The translations under genes were made by a program, and so were the position numbers. Below, one piece after another: positions 11,072 to 20,447 of a DNA stretch of 64,000 bases. A model generated the notes under the pieces. That model made no database searches and was not told where the DNA came from. It was given only the letters and a program-made list of their open reading frames with translations. How positions within the stretch are numbered: position 1 is the stretch's first letter; each line of letters starts with the position of its first letter. The stretch is from Candidatus Entotheonellaceae bacterium (GTDB lineage: Bacteria; Tectomicrobia; Entotheonellia; Entotheonellales; Entotheonellaceae): NCBI GenBank assembly GCA_965238075.1, contig OZ250173.1:1760001-1824000 (forward strand), written 5' to 3'.

Positions 11072-12589
11072 ATGCAAAAGCTGCTGATTGCCAATCGAGG
11101 CGAGATCGCGGTCCGCATCATGCGCGCGGCGCACGAACTCGGCCTGCGCACCGTGGCGGTCTACTCGACGGCGGACCGCGAGGCGCCGCATACCCAGCTG
11201 GCGGACGAGGCGTTTCACCTCGGCCCGTCGGAGCCGGCGCAGAGCTACCTGGATGCTTCTCGATTGCTCGAAGCAGCGCGGGCTTGCGGCGCCGATGCGC
11301 TGCATCCGGGATACGGCTTCTTGTCCGAGAATGCGGCATTTGCCGAGGCGTGCGAGCAAGCTGGTCTGATTTTCGTTGGGCCCAGAGCCGCGGCCATCCG
11401 CGGCATGGGCTCGAAAATCGTTTCCAAACAGATCGCCGAGCGCGCCGGGGTGCCGATCATTCCCAGTTTCCAGGCACCCGACGCGGCCACACTTGCACTC
11501 GAAGCGCCGCAAGCGGCGGAACGGCTCGGTTATCCGGTGTTGGTAAAGGCGGCGGCAGGCGGCGGCGGCAAGGGCATGCGCATCGTCGAGCACGCCGCGG
11601 AGTTGCCAGCGGCACTCGAGGCCGGGGCGCGCGAGGCGCAACAGGCGTTTGGCGACGCCACGCTGCTGCTCGAAACGTACATCGACCGCCCGCGGCACGT
11701 GGAGGTGCAGGTGCTCGGCGACCACTTCGGCAACCGGGTCCATCTGTTCGAGCGCGAGTGCTCGATCCAGCGGCGGCACCAGAAAATCGTCGAAGAGACG
11801 CCCTCACCGGCAGTGGACGCCGATTTGCGACAGCGCATGACGGACGCCGCGCTGCGTCTCGCCGACGCCGTGGATTACACCAGCGTCGGCACGGTCGAGT
11901 TCCTGCTGTCGCCGGACGGCTCCTTCTATTTCCTCGAAATGAACACCCGGCTGCAGGTCGAGCACGCCATCACCGAGCAGATCAGCGGCATCGACCTCGT
12001 GCACCAGCAGTTGCGCATCGCCGTCGGCGAACCCCTGGCATTTACCCAAGCACAATTGACGCAGCGCGGCCACGCCATCGAGTGCCGACTGTACGCCGAG
12101 AACCCCGCCAACGGCTTCCTGCCCGCCACCGGCCGCGTCCGCGTCCTGCGCGAGCCGCACGGGCCGGGATGCCGCATCGACAGCGGCCTGTCGCTGCAGC
12201 AGGAAATCACCCCGTACTACGATCCCATTCTGGCGAAGCTCATCACCCACGGCGCGACGCGAGAGGAGGCGCGGCTGCGCATGCGCGCCCTGCTGCGCGA
12301 TTATGTGATCCTCGGCCTGACGACCAACCGCGAGTTTCTGCTCGACGTAATCGAGTCAGAGGCGTTCGCCGCCGGGGATACCAGCACGGCGTTCATTGAA
12401 GATCATTTTGCCAACTGGCAACCCGCCGCGTCCGTGCCGGCGGACGTTCTGGCATTGGCCGCGCTCGGTGACCTATTACAGCGCGAAAGCGGGGCGGCCA
12501 TGCCCATTGCCGGATTCGCGGACGCCGACCAAGTCGCCTCCAACCCGTGGACGCGCCACGATGGCTGGCGAGTGGGAGCCCTGCGGTGA
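11072..12589 (+). CDS. Biotin carboxylase subunit of acyl-CoA carboxylase
   Basis: LLIANRGEIA, HPGYGFLSEN, GGGGKGMR, ERECSIQRRHQK, EMNTRLQVEH. Confidence 0.93.
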   Translation: MQKLLIANRGEIAVRIMRAAHELGLRTVAVYSTADREAPHTQLADEAFHLGPSEPAQSYLDASRLLEAARACGADALHPGYGFLSENAAFAEACEQAGLIFVGPRAAAIRGMGSKIVSKQIAERAGVPIIPSFQAPDAATLALEAPQAAERLGYPVLVKAAAGGGGKGMRIVEHAAELPAALEAGAREAQQAFGDATLLLETYIDRPRHVEVQVLGDHFGNRVHLFERECSIQRRHQKIVEETPSPAVDADLRQRMTDAALRLADAVDYTSVGTVEFLLSPDGSFYFLEMNTRLQVEHAITEQISGIDLVHQQLRIAVGEPLAFTQAQLTQRGHAIECRLYAENPANGFLPATGRVRVLREPHGPGCRIDSGLSLQQEITPYYDPILAKLITHGATREEARLRMRALLRDYVILGLTTNREFLLDVIESEAFAAGDTSTAFIEDHFANWQPAASVPADVLALAALGDLLQRESGAAMPIAGFADADQVASNPWTRHDGWRVGALR

Positions 12590-13053
12590 GGTATACCTAC
12601 CGCATCCCCGGCGAGGACGAGGCCGTTGAGGTCGATGTCACGCCGCTGGACGACCCCGAGGCCGGCTACCGAGTCACGGTGCGGGATCGCGTTTTCGACC
12701 TGCCGGCCAGAGGCCTGCGCCGCGCCGCGTTTCTCAGGCAGGCCGACGAAATCACCGTTCAGGTCGACGGGCGCGAGTATCGCCTGTACGACGGCAGGCA
12801 GCGCCGGCGCACGTCCACGAGTGCGCCGGGCGACCTGCACGCCCCCATGGCCGGGCGCATTATCCGTGTGCTGGCCAAGGCGGGCGACAGCGTGCAGGCC
12901 GGGGACACCCTGCTCATTCTGGAGGCGATGAAGATGGAGCAGCAGATCACCGCGCCTCACGACGGCACGGTGGTCAGCCTGCTATGTGAGGAAGGCGACC
13001 AGGTAGCCGCAGGCCAGGAGCTTGTGGTGTTGCAAGAAACCGGCAAAACATGA
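12586..13053 (+). CDS. Biotin carboxyl carrier protein
   Basis: APMAG...LEAMKME biotinylation motif; GTGA overlap with the preceding gene. Confidence 0.9.
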   Translation: MRYTYRIPGEDEAVEVDVTPLDDPEAGYRVTVRDRVFDLPARGLRRAAFLRQADEITVQVDGREYRLYDGRQRRRTSTSAPGDLHAPMAGRIIRVLAKAGDSVQAGDTLLILEAMKMEQQITAPHDGTVVSLLCEEGDQVAAGQELVVLQETGKT

Positions 13054-13085
13054 ACCCCTGATCAACGGAGTCAAGGAGATCAATC

Positions 13086-13880
13086 ATGCCCAAGGCACAC
13101 GTGAACGGCATCGACATGTACTACGAATACCAGGGCAGCGGCCTGCCGGTGCTCTTTTCCCACAGCTTCACCAGCGATTGCACCATGTGGAGCCTGCAGG
13201 CGCCGGTGTTCAGCAAGCGCTACCAGTTCATCACCTACGACATCCGGGGCATGGGCCGCACCGACAGCCCGGCGGGTCCGTATTCGCTGGATCAGCACAC
13301 TGAGGACCTGTATCAATTGGTGCGGTATCTGGGGCTCAGCGAGTTCGTGCTCGGCGGGCTGTCCATTGGCGGCATGATTACCGTGCACTTCGCCCTGGCA
13401 CATCAGGAATTGCTGAAGGGCGCCATCATCGCGGACAGCGCAGCGGCGCGCCCGGACACGCCGCTGCTCACCAATCCCGACGACATGATCGACCTGGCGC
13501 AACGCGTCGGCATGGCCGGGCTGGCGGATCACATGATCGACAACAAGCTGCTGGCGCCGCACCTGCAGGATAACCCCTACGCCATCAAGGAATACCGCGA
13601 CCGCATGGCGCAGAACAACGTCATCGGCTACTGTGGCGGCCTGCGGGCGTTGTCGCGCATGCGAGACCGCACCGGTGAACTCGGTCAGATCACGGTGCCG
13701 ACGCTGATCATCGTCGGCGACATGGACGAGCCGTTCGTCGAGCCGTCGAAGCTGATGCACAGCCGCATCGCCGGGTCGCGGCTGGTCATCATTCCCGGCG
13801 CCGGCCACTTGGCGAACATCGAACAGCCGGCCGCCTTCACCGATGCAGTCATGTCGTTTCTGGACGGCCTGCCGGCTTGA
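13086..13880 (+). CDS. Alpha/beta hydrolase (enol-lactonase-like)
   Basis: YDIRGMGRT, GLSIGG nucleophile elbow, AGHLANIEQP. Confidence 0.85.
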   Translation: MPKAHVNGIDMYYEYQGSGLPVLFSHSFTSDCTMWSLQAPVFSKRYQFITYDIRGMGRTDSPAGPYSLDQHTEDLYQLVRYLGLSEFVLGGLSIGGMITVHFALAHQELLKGAIIADSAAARPDTPLLTNPDDMIDLAQRVGMAGLADHMIDNKLLAPHLQDNPYAIKEYRDRMAQNNVIGYCGGLRALSRMRDRTGELGQITVPTLIIVGDMDEPFVEPSKLMHSRIAGSRLVIIPGAGHLANIEQPAAFTDAVMSFLDGLPA

Positions 13881-13940
13881 CCCCCCAACCGGTTTTCGTG
13901 GAGCATGCTGCAACCCGAAACCCGAAGGAGGAAGCGCATC

Positions 13941-14270
13941 ATGGCTGATGAATTTGTTCGCAAGGAGCACTTCGACGAGCACGTCCTGCGGATGGACGAA
14001 CGTTTTCTCAGCCTCGAAAAGCGCATGGAACAGGGATTTGCCCACGCCGAAAAGGCGCGGGAGCAGAACTTTGTTCACGTCCACCAGCGCTTCGATGATT
14101 TGAATCGGCGCTTCGACGACCTGGAAAAGCGCATGGCGGAGGGGTTTTCCGAGCTCCGCGCGGACATGCGCCAGATACGCAATTGGCTGGTGTGGCTTTT
14201 TGGTCTGGTGGTCTTTGGCTTTATCGGTTCAATCGTGCTGATCTTGTTCAGGGATCTGATTCTCAAGTAG
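13941..14270 (+). CDS. Small coiled-coil protein with C-terminal membrane anchor
   Basis: Repeated RFDDL/xxRF heptads, hydrophobic C-terminus, AGGAGG RBS. Confidence 0.7.
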   Translation: MADEFVRKEHFDEHVLRMDERFLSLEKRMEQGFAHAEKAREQNFVHVHQRFDDLNRRFDDLEKRMAEGFSELRADMRQIRNWLVWLFGLVVFGFIGSIVLILFRDLILK

Positions 14271-14304
14271 CTCGTCACGGCTGACTCGTAACTAAGGAAT
14301 TCTC

Positions 14305-15369
14305 ATGTTAGAGGTCCTCAGGCCGCCCGCGGCGCTGTTCGATTCGCCCTTCATGCGGGCCTGCCGGCGCGAGCCGACCCCGTACACGCCGGTATGGCTG
14401 ATGCGCCAAGCCGGGCGGTACATGGAATCGTACCGGCAGATACGCGCGCGGGTGTCGTTCCTGGAACTGTGCAAAACGCCGGATCTGGCGGCCGAGGTGA
14501 CGGTGGACGCCGTCGAGCGCCTGGGCGTCGACGCGGCGATTATCTTTGCCGATATCCTGCTGATTCTCGAACCAATGGGCATGCAGCTCGAATTCAGCCC
14601 CGGCGATGGGCCGGTACTGCACAACCCCCTGCGAACCGCGGCTGACGTCGAACGGCTGCGGGAGGTAGACGCCGCCGAATCGCTGTCCTTCGTGATGCAG
14701 GCGGTCCGTGCCGCACGCACCGCGCTGACACCGAACGTGCCGCTGATCGGTTTCGCCGGAGCGCCCTTTACGCTGGCCTCCTACATGATCGAGGGCGGCT
14801 CGTCGCGTCAATACACGCGCACCAAGCAATTCATGTACACGCAGCCGCAAGCGTGGCACGCCCTCATGGCGCTGCTGAGCCGCAACGTGGGGCGTTATCT
14901 CAACGCCCAGGCAGCAGCCGGTGCGCAGGTTGTGCAGCTGTTCGACAGCTGGGTCGGCAACCTGTCGCCGGCAGACTACCGCGCCTTCGTGTTGCCGCAT
15001 TCGCGCGAGGTAATCGCCGCCGTCACCCCCGGCGTGCCGGTGCTTCACTTCGGCACCGGCACAAACGCGCTGCTGGAGTTGATGCGCGAGGCCGGTGGCG
15101 ATGTAATCGGGGTCGATTTCCGGGTCGAACTGGATGACGCCTGGCGGCGGTTGGGGGACGTCGGCATTCAGGGCAACCTCGACCCCGCCGTGCTGATGGC
15201 GGGGCGCCCGTACATCCGCCAGCGGGTGTTGGGGATACTGCGGCAGGCGGGAAGACGCGCCGGCCACATCTTCAACCTGGGGCACGGCATCCTGCCGACA
15301 ACGCCGGTAGACAACGTTCGCACCCTAGTCGATGACGTCCACGAGTTGAGCACACGGGGGCCGTCATGA
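14305..15369 (+). CDS. hemE: Uroporphyrinogen decarboxylase
   Basis: PVWLMRQAGRY, GFAGAPFTLASY, QGNLDP, IFNLGHGI. Confidence 0.97.
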   Translation: MLEVLRPPAALFDSPFMRACRREPTPYTPVWLMRQAGRYMESYRQIRARVSFLELCKTPDLAAEVTVDAVERLGVDAAIIFADILLILEPMGMQLEFSPGDGPVLHNPLRTAADVERLREVDAAESLSFVMQAVRAARTALTPNVPLIGFAGAPFTLASYMIEGGSSRQYTRTKQFMYTQPQAWHALMALLSRNVGRYLNAQAAAGAQVVQLFDSWVGNLSPADYRAFVLPHSREVIAAVTPGVPVLHFGTGTNALLELMREAGGDVIGVDFRVELDDAWRRLGDVGIQGNLDPAVLMAGRPYIRQRVLGILRQAGRRAGHIFNLGHGILPTTPVDNVRTLVDDVHELSTRGPS

Positions 15370-16330
15370 CGGACTCAGCCATCGACGGCGTGCTGCTGAT
15401 CGGATTTGGCGGCCCGACACCCGGCTGCTGCCAGCGCTACGAGCCGTGCCCCGGACGCGAGGCGGCCTGTTTTGTGCGCGCAGTTGTCGGCGAGCGACCG
15501 GGCGCGCAGGCGAGAATTGACGAGGTGGCGGCGCACTACGACGTGTTCGGGGGCTATTCGCCGTTCAACGCCCTGACGTTGCAACAGGCCGAAAGCGTGT
15601 CTGCCGCTCTGCGGGCACAGGGCCATACGGTGCCGGCACACGTCGGCATGCGCTTCTGGCCGCCATACGTCGACACGGTGCTGGCTGAGATGGCCGAACT
15701 GGGCTGCCGTCACTTGCTGGGGGTCATTCTTCGCCCTTCCAGTGCGCCGCCAGTTGGGAGCACTACCAGCAATCGGTGGCGGATGGGGTCGCGGCCCTCG
15801 GCGAGCGCGGCCCGCAGATGACGTATCTTGCGCCCTGGCAAACCCAGGCGGGCTTTGTCGAGGCCATTGCCGACGGCATCGAGCAGGCCGTCGCGCCGCT
15901 CGGCGGGGCGCTCGGAAGCGAGGCGGCGCTCATCTACACGGCGCACGCCATCCCCGAGCCGATGGCGGACCGGGCGCCGTACACGCGCCAGTTCCGTGAA
16001 GCGGCGGACGCGGTGACGAAACGCCTGGGCCGTCGGGAGCACCGGATCGCCTACCAGAGCCAGGTGACGGGCACGCCGATCCCGTGGCTGCAACCGGACG
16101 TCAATAACGTCATCCATCAGGTGCAAAAGGATGGTTTTCGTGACGCGATCGTCGCGCCCGTCGGCTTCCTGTGCGACCACATGGAGGTGCTGTACGACCT
16201 CGACGTGCAGGCGAAGGAGACCGCCGAGGCGTGCGGGCTGGGTTATGTGCGCTCCGGAACCGTAGGCAACCACCCGGCGTTCGTGGCGATGCTCAGCGAT
16301 CTGATCGGCGCACATCTGTCGTCGGTGTGA
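15366..16330 (+). pseudogene. hemH: Ferrochelatase split by an apparent 1-nt deletion at ~15730 (possibly a sequencing error)
   Basis: First frame has GFGGP..GGYSPFN..GMRFWPPY; second frame has AHAIP, YQSQ, PWLQPD, GFLCDHMEVLYDLD; adding one base at ATT-CT(T)-TCG joins them. Confidence 0.85.
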
Positions 16331-16339
16331 GGTGGGAGT

Positions 16340-17821
16340 ATGGAACAGGCGATGAACCGCAAGCGGGCGGTGGTCATCGGCGGCGGCATCACGGGTCTGA
16401 CCGCCTGTTATCGTCTCACGCAACAGGCGCAGGCCGGCGATCTGCCGCTTGACGTCGTATTGCTGGAGGCCAGTGACCGGCTCGGCGGCGTCATCGCCAC
16501 CCGTCATGAAGACGGCCTGCTGCTGGAAGAGGGGCCGGACTGCTTTCTCACCACCAAGCCCTGGGGCATCGAGTTGTGCGACGAACTCGGTCTGAACGCC
16601 GAACTCATCGGCACCACCACCGAACATCGCCAGAGCTTTGTCGTGCGGCGCGGCAAACTCGTGCCGGTGCCGCAGGGATTCTACCTGATGGCGCCGGGCT
16701 CCCTGTGGCCGTTCGTCACCACCCCCGCCTTCAGTTGGCCCGGCAAGCTGCGCATGGCCATGGACCTCATGCTGCCGCGCCGCGGCGCCTCGGAAGACGA
16801 CGAATCCCTCGCCGACTTCGTAACCCGCCGCCTGGGCCGGGAGGCCCTGGATCGCATGGCCCAGCCCATGGTCGGCGGCATTTACACCACTGATCCGCGC
16901 CACCTCAGCATGCAGGCCACGATGCCGCAATTCCTGGACATGGAGCAGCGCCACCGTAGCTTGATCCTCGCGCTGCGACACCGTCAGGCCAGCGCGCAAC
17001 AGTCGGGGGTCAGCGGCGCCCGCTACGGCCTGTTCGCGTCGTTCCGGCACGGCATGCAAACGCTGGTGGACGCCCTCGCCGATCGCCTGCCGGCCGGCAC
17101 CGTGCACTTACAAACCTCCGTCCGTAGCATCCGACACAATCCCGAAAGCCAACGCTGGACCGTTTCCCCGCAAGACGGCCCCGACCTCGAAGCCGACGCC
17201 CTCTGCCTGGCACTCACGGCGCCTCAGGCCGCTCACCTGTTGGCGGATGTTGATCCCGAATTGGCCGCCGGACTGCACGACATCCCCTACGCGTCGTCAG
17301 CCGTTGTCGCGCTGGCATGTAATCGCGCCGACATCGCCCACCCCCTGAACGGCATGGGATTCGTCGTACCGGCGGTCGAGCGTCGCAACCTGATCGCCTG
17401 CTCGTTCAGCAGCATCAAGTTCGCTGGCCGAGCGCCGGACGGCAAGGTGCTCCTGCGCGCCTTTGTCGGCGGCGCCTTACAACAGGAACAAGCCCTTTGG
17501 CCCGACGCAAAGCTCCAAAATGCCGTGTATCAGGACCTGCGACAATTGCTGGGTCTCACCGGCAAGCCGGCGTTTTGCCACGTGAGCCGCCATTCGAGCG
17601 CTATGCCGCAGTACCACGTCGGACATCTTGAACGCATCAAGCACGTCGAAGCAGCAGCCCAACGCTGGCCCGGCCTGGCTCTGGCCGGCAACGCCTACCA
17701 CGGCGTCGGCGTGCCCGACTGCATCCGCAGCGGCGACGAGGCGGCACATGGTATATTGTCAAACCTGTTTTACGAGGTCGCGGGTGACAATTGTCTTCAA
17801 AGGAGGGCGGTCCCTTGTTGA
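16340..17821 (+). CDS. hemY: HemY-type proto/coproporphyrinogen oxidase
   Basis: VIGGGITGL, LEASDRLGG, EEGPDCF, MPQYHVGH, GVGVPDCI. Confidence 0.92.
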   Translation: MEQAMNRKRAVVIGGGITGLTACYRLTQQAQAGDLPLDVVLLEASDRLGGVIATRHEDGLLLEEGPDCFLTTKPWGIELCDELGLNAELIGTTTEHRQSFVVRRGKLVPVPQGFYLMAPGSLWPFVTTPAFSWPGKLRMAMDLMLPRRGASEDDESLADFVTRRLGREALDRMAQPMVGGIYTTDPRHLSMQATMPQFLDMEQRHRSLILALRHRQASAQQSGVSGARYGLFASFRHGMQTLVDALADRLPAGTVHLQTSVRSIRHNPESQRWTVSPQDGPDLEADALCLALTAPQAAHLLADVDPELAAGLHDIPYASSAVVALACNRADIAHPLNGMGFVVPAVERRNLIACSFSSIKFAGRAPDGKVLLRAFVGGALQQEQALWPDAKLQNAVYQDLRQLLGLTGKPAFCHVSRHSSAMPQYHVGHLERIKHVEAAAQRWPGLALAGNAYHGVGVPDCIRSGDEAAHGILSNLFYEVAGDNCLQRRAVPC

Positions 17822-18699
17822 GAATCCACAGAATGCTCTGCGGGTTATTGGCGTCACTGACCGCGCTGCTGGCATTGGCTGGTTGCGGGGGTACAGGAAC
17901 CGGACTTCACAACAGCGCCAAGGTTTTCACGCCCGTATCAGAGATGAACAGGTCGGACTGGGGTGATCCGGCAGAACTCGAGAGAACCTGGCAAGCCGCT
18001 CGGGTCAGGATACCTAAACCGGGCGGCGGCTACATCAGAACCACGGTGAAAGAACTGAACAGCGTCTCTTATGCCATCGCCGGTGCGTGGCCGACGGTAA
18101 TTTACCTGCATGGCTGTACGGGCGTGTGGAGCGGCACCTACGCCAGAATCGATTTTCTCGCCAGAAACGGCTATGCCGTCATCGCTCCCGTCAGTTTCGC
18201 GCGGGAAAAATATCCCAAATCGTGTAACCCCGAGAGACACCAGGCTGGATTTTATCGGTCCACCTTGCTGATGCGGCAGAATGACGCCGGATATGCCATT
18301 GCCAAAGCCAAGGCATTTCCGTGGGTAGACGACGACAACGTCTTCCTCATGGGACTCAGCCAAGGCGGTCTAACCACGGCGACGTTCTTCTCGACAAGTC
18401 CGGCAAAGGCGGTTCGAGCACGTATCGTGGAAGGCTGGACCTGTCGCGCCGGTTGGGTTGAATACAAGGGCATAAACGCACCCGACAGCGAGCCGGTTCT
18501 GACGCTCGTTGGAAGTAAGGATCCCTGGTACCAGAACGTCTGGACAAAGGGCGATTGCACAGAATCCATCAATCCGTCGAATGGTAGCAGGTCGGTGGTC
18601 TATTCCACCGGGTATCTCAGTACCCGGCATGCACTTCTGGAGTACAAAGAAGTCCGGGAAACCGTTCTCGAGTTCTTAGAGCAACATCGGAACCACTGA
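17815..18699 (+). CDS. Lipoprotein, dienelactone-hydrolase-like alpha/beta hydrolase
   Basis: Lipobox LAGC, YLHGC, GLSQGG; AT-richer than neighbours; start uncertain (TTG after AGGAGG). Confidence 0.7.
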   Translation: MLRIHRMLCGLLASLTALLALAGCGGTGTGLHNSAKVFTPVSEMNRSDWGDPAELERTWQAARVRIPKPGGGYIRTTVKELNSVSYAIAGAWPTVIYLHGCTGVWSGTYARIDFLARNGYAVIAPVSFAREKYPKSCNPERHQAGFYRSTLLMRQNDAGYAIAKAKAFPWVDDDNVFLMGLSQGGLTTATFFSTSPAKAVRARIVEGWTCRAGWVEYKGINAPDSEPVLTLVGSKDPWYQNVWTKGDCTESINPSNGSRSVVYSTGYLSTRHALLEYKEVRETVLEFLEQHRNH

Positions 18700-18848
18700 A
18701 TTCAGCCCTCGCCCTGACGGGTATACCTCAGTGCCAATCCTGAATTGACTTTCGCCCCCTGGCGCCCTACGCTCGCCTCGCCAGCAATGCTTGGCAATAA
18801 CCTCCATATTCCTGGCATGACCAACCGACGATGACGTGGGAGAACGCG

Positions 18849-20270
18849 ATGGACGCAACGGAGCTTTGTTTTACGCCGGCCACCGAGCTGGCGGCGGCGA
18901 TTCGGCAACGGCAGCTTTCGCCGGTGGAAATCATGGACGCGGTGCTGGCACGCATCGAGGCGGTGAATCCCCACATCAACGCCTACCTGGCGGTAGACGG
19001 GGAGCGGGCGTGCGACGCGGCGAAGGCGGCGGCGGCCGGCGTCATGCGAGGCGAGGCGGCAGGCTCTTTGTACGGCCTGCCCGTGTCCATCAAGGACCTG
19101 GAGCTGGTCGCCGGCCTGCGCTGCACGTTCGGCTCCAAGTTCTTCGCTGACAACATCGCGGACAGCGACGGCCTGGTAACCGAGCGCGCCAAGGCTGCCG
19201 GCGGCATCGTGATCGGCAAGACGAACACGTCGCACTACGGGCACAAGGACATGTGCGACAACCTGCTGGGTCCGCCATGCCGCAACCCGTGGAAGCTGGA
19301 CCGCACCTCGGGCGCCTCAAGCGGCGGCGCCGCGGCGGCAGTGGCGGCGGGACTGGGACCTCTGGCGCACGGCTCAGACGGCGCCGGCTCCATCCGCATT
19401 CCCGCCGCGTTGTGCGGCGTTTTTGGCCACAAGCCGTCCTTCGGTCGGGTGCCCTACTGGCCCAATCCCGACATCTGGGCGGCCCGCTCGCACAACGGTC
19501 CGATCACCCGCACGGTCGCCGACGCGGCCCTCTTTCTCGGCGCTCTCGCCGGCCCCGACCCGCGCGACCCCACCACCATCGACAACCCGCCCGAGGATTA
19601 CGCCGCCGCGGTGGCGCAGCCGCTCGAAGCCCTGCGCGGACTGCGCGTCGCCTGGAGCGTTGATCTGGGCTACGCCGCGGTTGACCCGGAAGTGCGGCGC
19701 CTGACCACGGCGGCGGCTGAGCGTTTCAGCGACTTCGGCTGCGAGGTTGAGGCCGTCAATCCCGGCTGGGACGACCAGCGTGAGGCTGCGGCCATGGCGT
19801 GGAATGTTTCCTACGCGTCGCGCAACGCCGAGCGCTACGCCCAGCGGCCCGAGTGGTTCGAGCCCAGCCTGGTGGAGATGATCGAGGCCGGGCAGCGGGT
19901 TTCCGCTGTAGAACTCGGCTTGGCGCAGTTGGCACGCACCGAGTACTACCACCAGGTGCGGCGCCTGTTCGATACCTACGACCTGCTGCTCACCCCGCAG
20001 ATGCCGTTGGCGGCGTGGTCGGTCGAGCACGGTCCCAGCCACATCGACGACACCCCGACGCCGTCGATGTTCGACCGGCTGCCGTTCACCTTTCCGTTCA
20101 ACCTGACGGGACAGCCCGCCGCCAGCGTGCCGTGCGGATTCACCTCCGAGGGGTTGCCGGCGGCGCTGCAAATCGTCGGCCGCTGGCACGCCGATACGCT
20201 GGTCCTGCAGGCTGCGGCGGCGTGCGAGCAGGCGGCACCGTGGGCGCATCTGAGACCGCCCGAACTCTAA
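18849..20270 (+). CDS. Amidase-signature family enzyme
   Basis: GLPVSIKD, GASSGGAAAAVAAG, GSDGAGSIRIPA, HKPS. Confidence 0.92.
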   Translation: MDATELCFTPATELAAAIRQRQLSPVEIMDAVLARIEAVNPHINAYLAVDGERACDAAKAAAAGVMRGEAAGSLYGLPVSIKDLELVAGLRCTFGSKFFADNIADSDGLVTERAKAAGGIVIGKTNTSHYGHKDMCDNLLGPPCRNPWKLDRTSGASSGGAAAAVAAGLGPLAHGSDGAGSIRIPAALCGVFGHKPSFGRVPYWPNPDIWAARSHNGPITRTVADAALFLGALAGPDPRDPTTIDNPPEDYAAAVAQPLEALRGLRVAWSVDLGYAAVDPEVRRLTTAAAERFSDFGCEVEAVNPGWDDQREAAAMAWNVSYASRNAERYAQRPEWFEPSLVEMIEAGQRVSAVELGLAQLARTEYYHQVRRLFDTYDLLLTPQMPLAAWSVEHGPSHIDDTPTPSMFDRLPFTFPFNLTGQPAASVPCGFTSEGLPAALQIVGRWHADTLVLQAAAACEQAAPWAHLRPPEL

Positions 20271-20447
20271 CGCCGGGCATGCGTCGCAGCCCCTGCCGAA
20301 GCGGCACATTCAGGGCTTGCAACCGCCAATCGGTTCATGCTATTGATAGCGAATTCACCTGCAAATGGATTCGGTTAACGCAACCGTGAGGATTGGTGCG
20401 CAGCCATAGGATTGGCCCGCCACCCAAAGGCATGGGAGAGGTACACA

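Noticed and set aside
15725..15740. Programmed ribosomal frameshift in hemH
   Set aside because: No slippery heptamer or prfB-like CTT-TGA/SD signal; an error or mutation is simpler.
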